From NCBI GenBank assembly GCA_000433635.1, contig HF997857.1:1-5570 (forward strand): 5,570 bases of DNA, read 5' to 3'. A program made the position numbers and the translations under genes. Under the pieces are notes generated by a model, which worked only from the letters and a program-made list of their open reading frames with translations, ran no database searches and was not told the origin of the DNA. Source of the DNA: Ruminococcus sp. CAG:254 (GTDB taxonomy: Bacteria > Bacillota > Clostridia > Oscillospirales > Ruminococcaceae). Positions 4,857-5,570 of this stretch are shown in pieces. Each line of letters starts with the position of its first letter. Position 1 is the first letter of the stretch.

Positions 4857-5570
4857 TTATTTCTGTACAGAAACAGCAGTCTGCAACGCCAGTTCCATCA
4901 TATCGGTGAAAGCGGTCTGCCGTTCTTCGGCGGACGTGGATTCATTCCGCAGCGGACAGTCTGAAATTGTCGTGATACAGAGGGCTTTCTTGCCAGCTTC
5001 TGCCGCATTGCAATAGAGGGCAGCCGATTCCATTTCTACCGCTAAAACGCCCATCTTTGCCCATTTCGGCAGGGGGTCATTTTCCGTATAGAAGTGGTCG
5101 CTGGAGCACAGATTTCCGACATGGAACGGCTTTTTCAGTGCTCTTGCTGCAGAAACTGCCGCTTCCAGCAGGGAGAAGTCTGCAATCGGGGCAAATGTGC
5201 CTGGCAGGTTGTATTGTGCTGCATAGTTGGAATCCGTGCAGACACCCATTCCCAGCACCAAATCTCGCAGCTTGACAGAATCAGCAACGCCGCCAGCCGT
5301 ACCAATGCGGATGATGGCATCTACATCATAGAAGTGAAACAGTTCATAGGAATAAATGCCCATAGATGGCATCCCCATACCGCTGCCCTGTACGGAAATC
5401 GGAACGCCCTGATAAGTGCCCGTATAGCCCAGCATGTTCCGAACGGTGTTGTAGCAGACGGGATGTTCTAAATAGGTTTCTGCAATGAATTTTGCCCGTA
5501 ATGGGTCACCGGGCATGAGAACGACTTTTGCAATCTCACCGGGATTTGCTTGATTGTGCGGTGTTGCCAT
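4857..5570 (-). CDS. deoD: Purine nucleoside phosphorylase, DeoD type (PNP/UDP-1 family)
   Basis: A 237-aa ORF whose N-terminus, [35 protein letters not shown], closely parallels E. coli DeoD ([35 protein letters not shown]). It also has [34 protein letters not shown] and the [12 protein letters not shown] tail. The ATG is the last codon of the window, so the promoter is not visible. Confidence 0.93.
   Translation of the reverse strand: [237 protein letters not shown]

Overview
Most of this window is ordinary housekeeping chromosome with Firmicutes/Clostridia-style signals (AGGAGG-type RBSs, extended -10 promoters, hairpin plus U-tract terminators). The order is: decayed IS200/IS605 tnpA relic (1-~370, +), a small self-contained transcription unit encoding a 31-aa hydrophobic peptide (~438-708, +), ilvE branched-chain aminotransferase (844-1917, +), a YkgJ-type CxxCxxCC cysteine-cluster protein (2088-2573, +), then metG (2655-4604, -) and deoD-type purine nucleoside phosphorylase (4857-5570, -, starting at the window edge). 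The + and - blocks converge on one bidirectional terminator, and every gene has its own recognisable promoter and/or terminator. I see no CRISPR array, tRNA/rRNA gene, intact mobile element or multi-gene defence-like system. The only accessory-looking stretch is 1-720. The most interesting item is the unannotated small-peptide cassette next to the IS relic, a candidate type I toxin, membrane-active peptide or small membrane protein. That reading is inference from sequence signals only. The long ORFs antisense to ilvE and metG look like artefacts.
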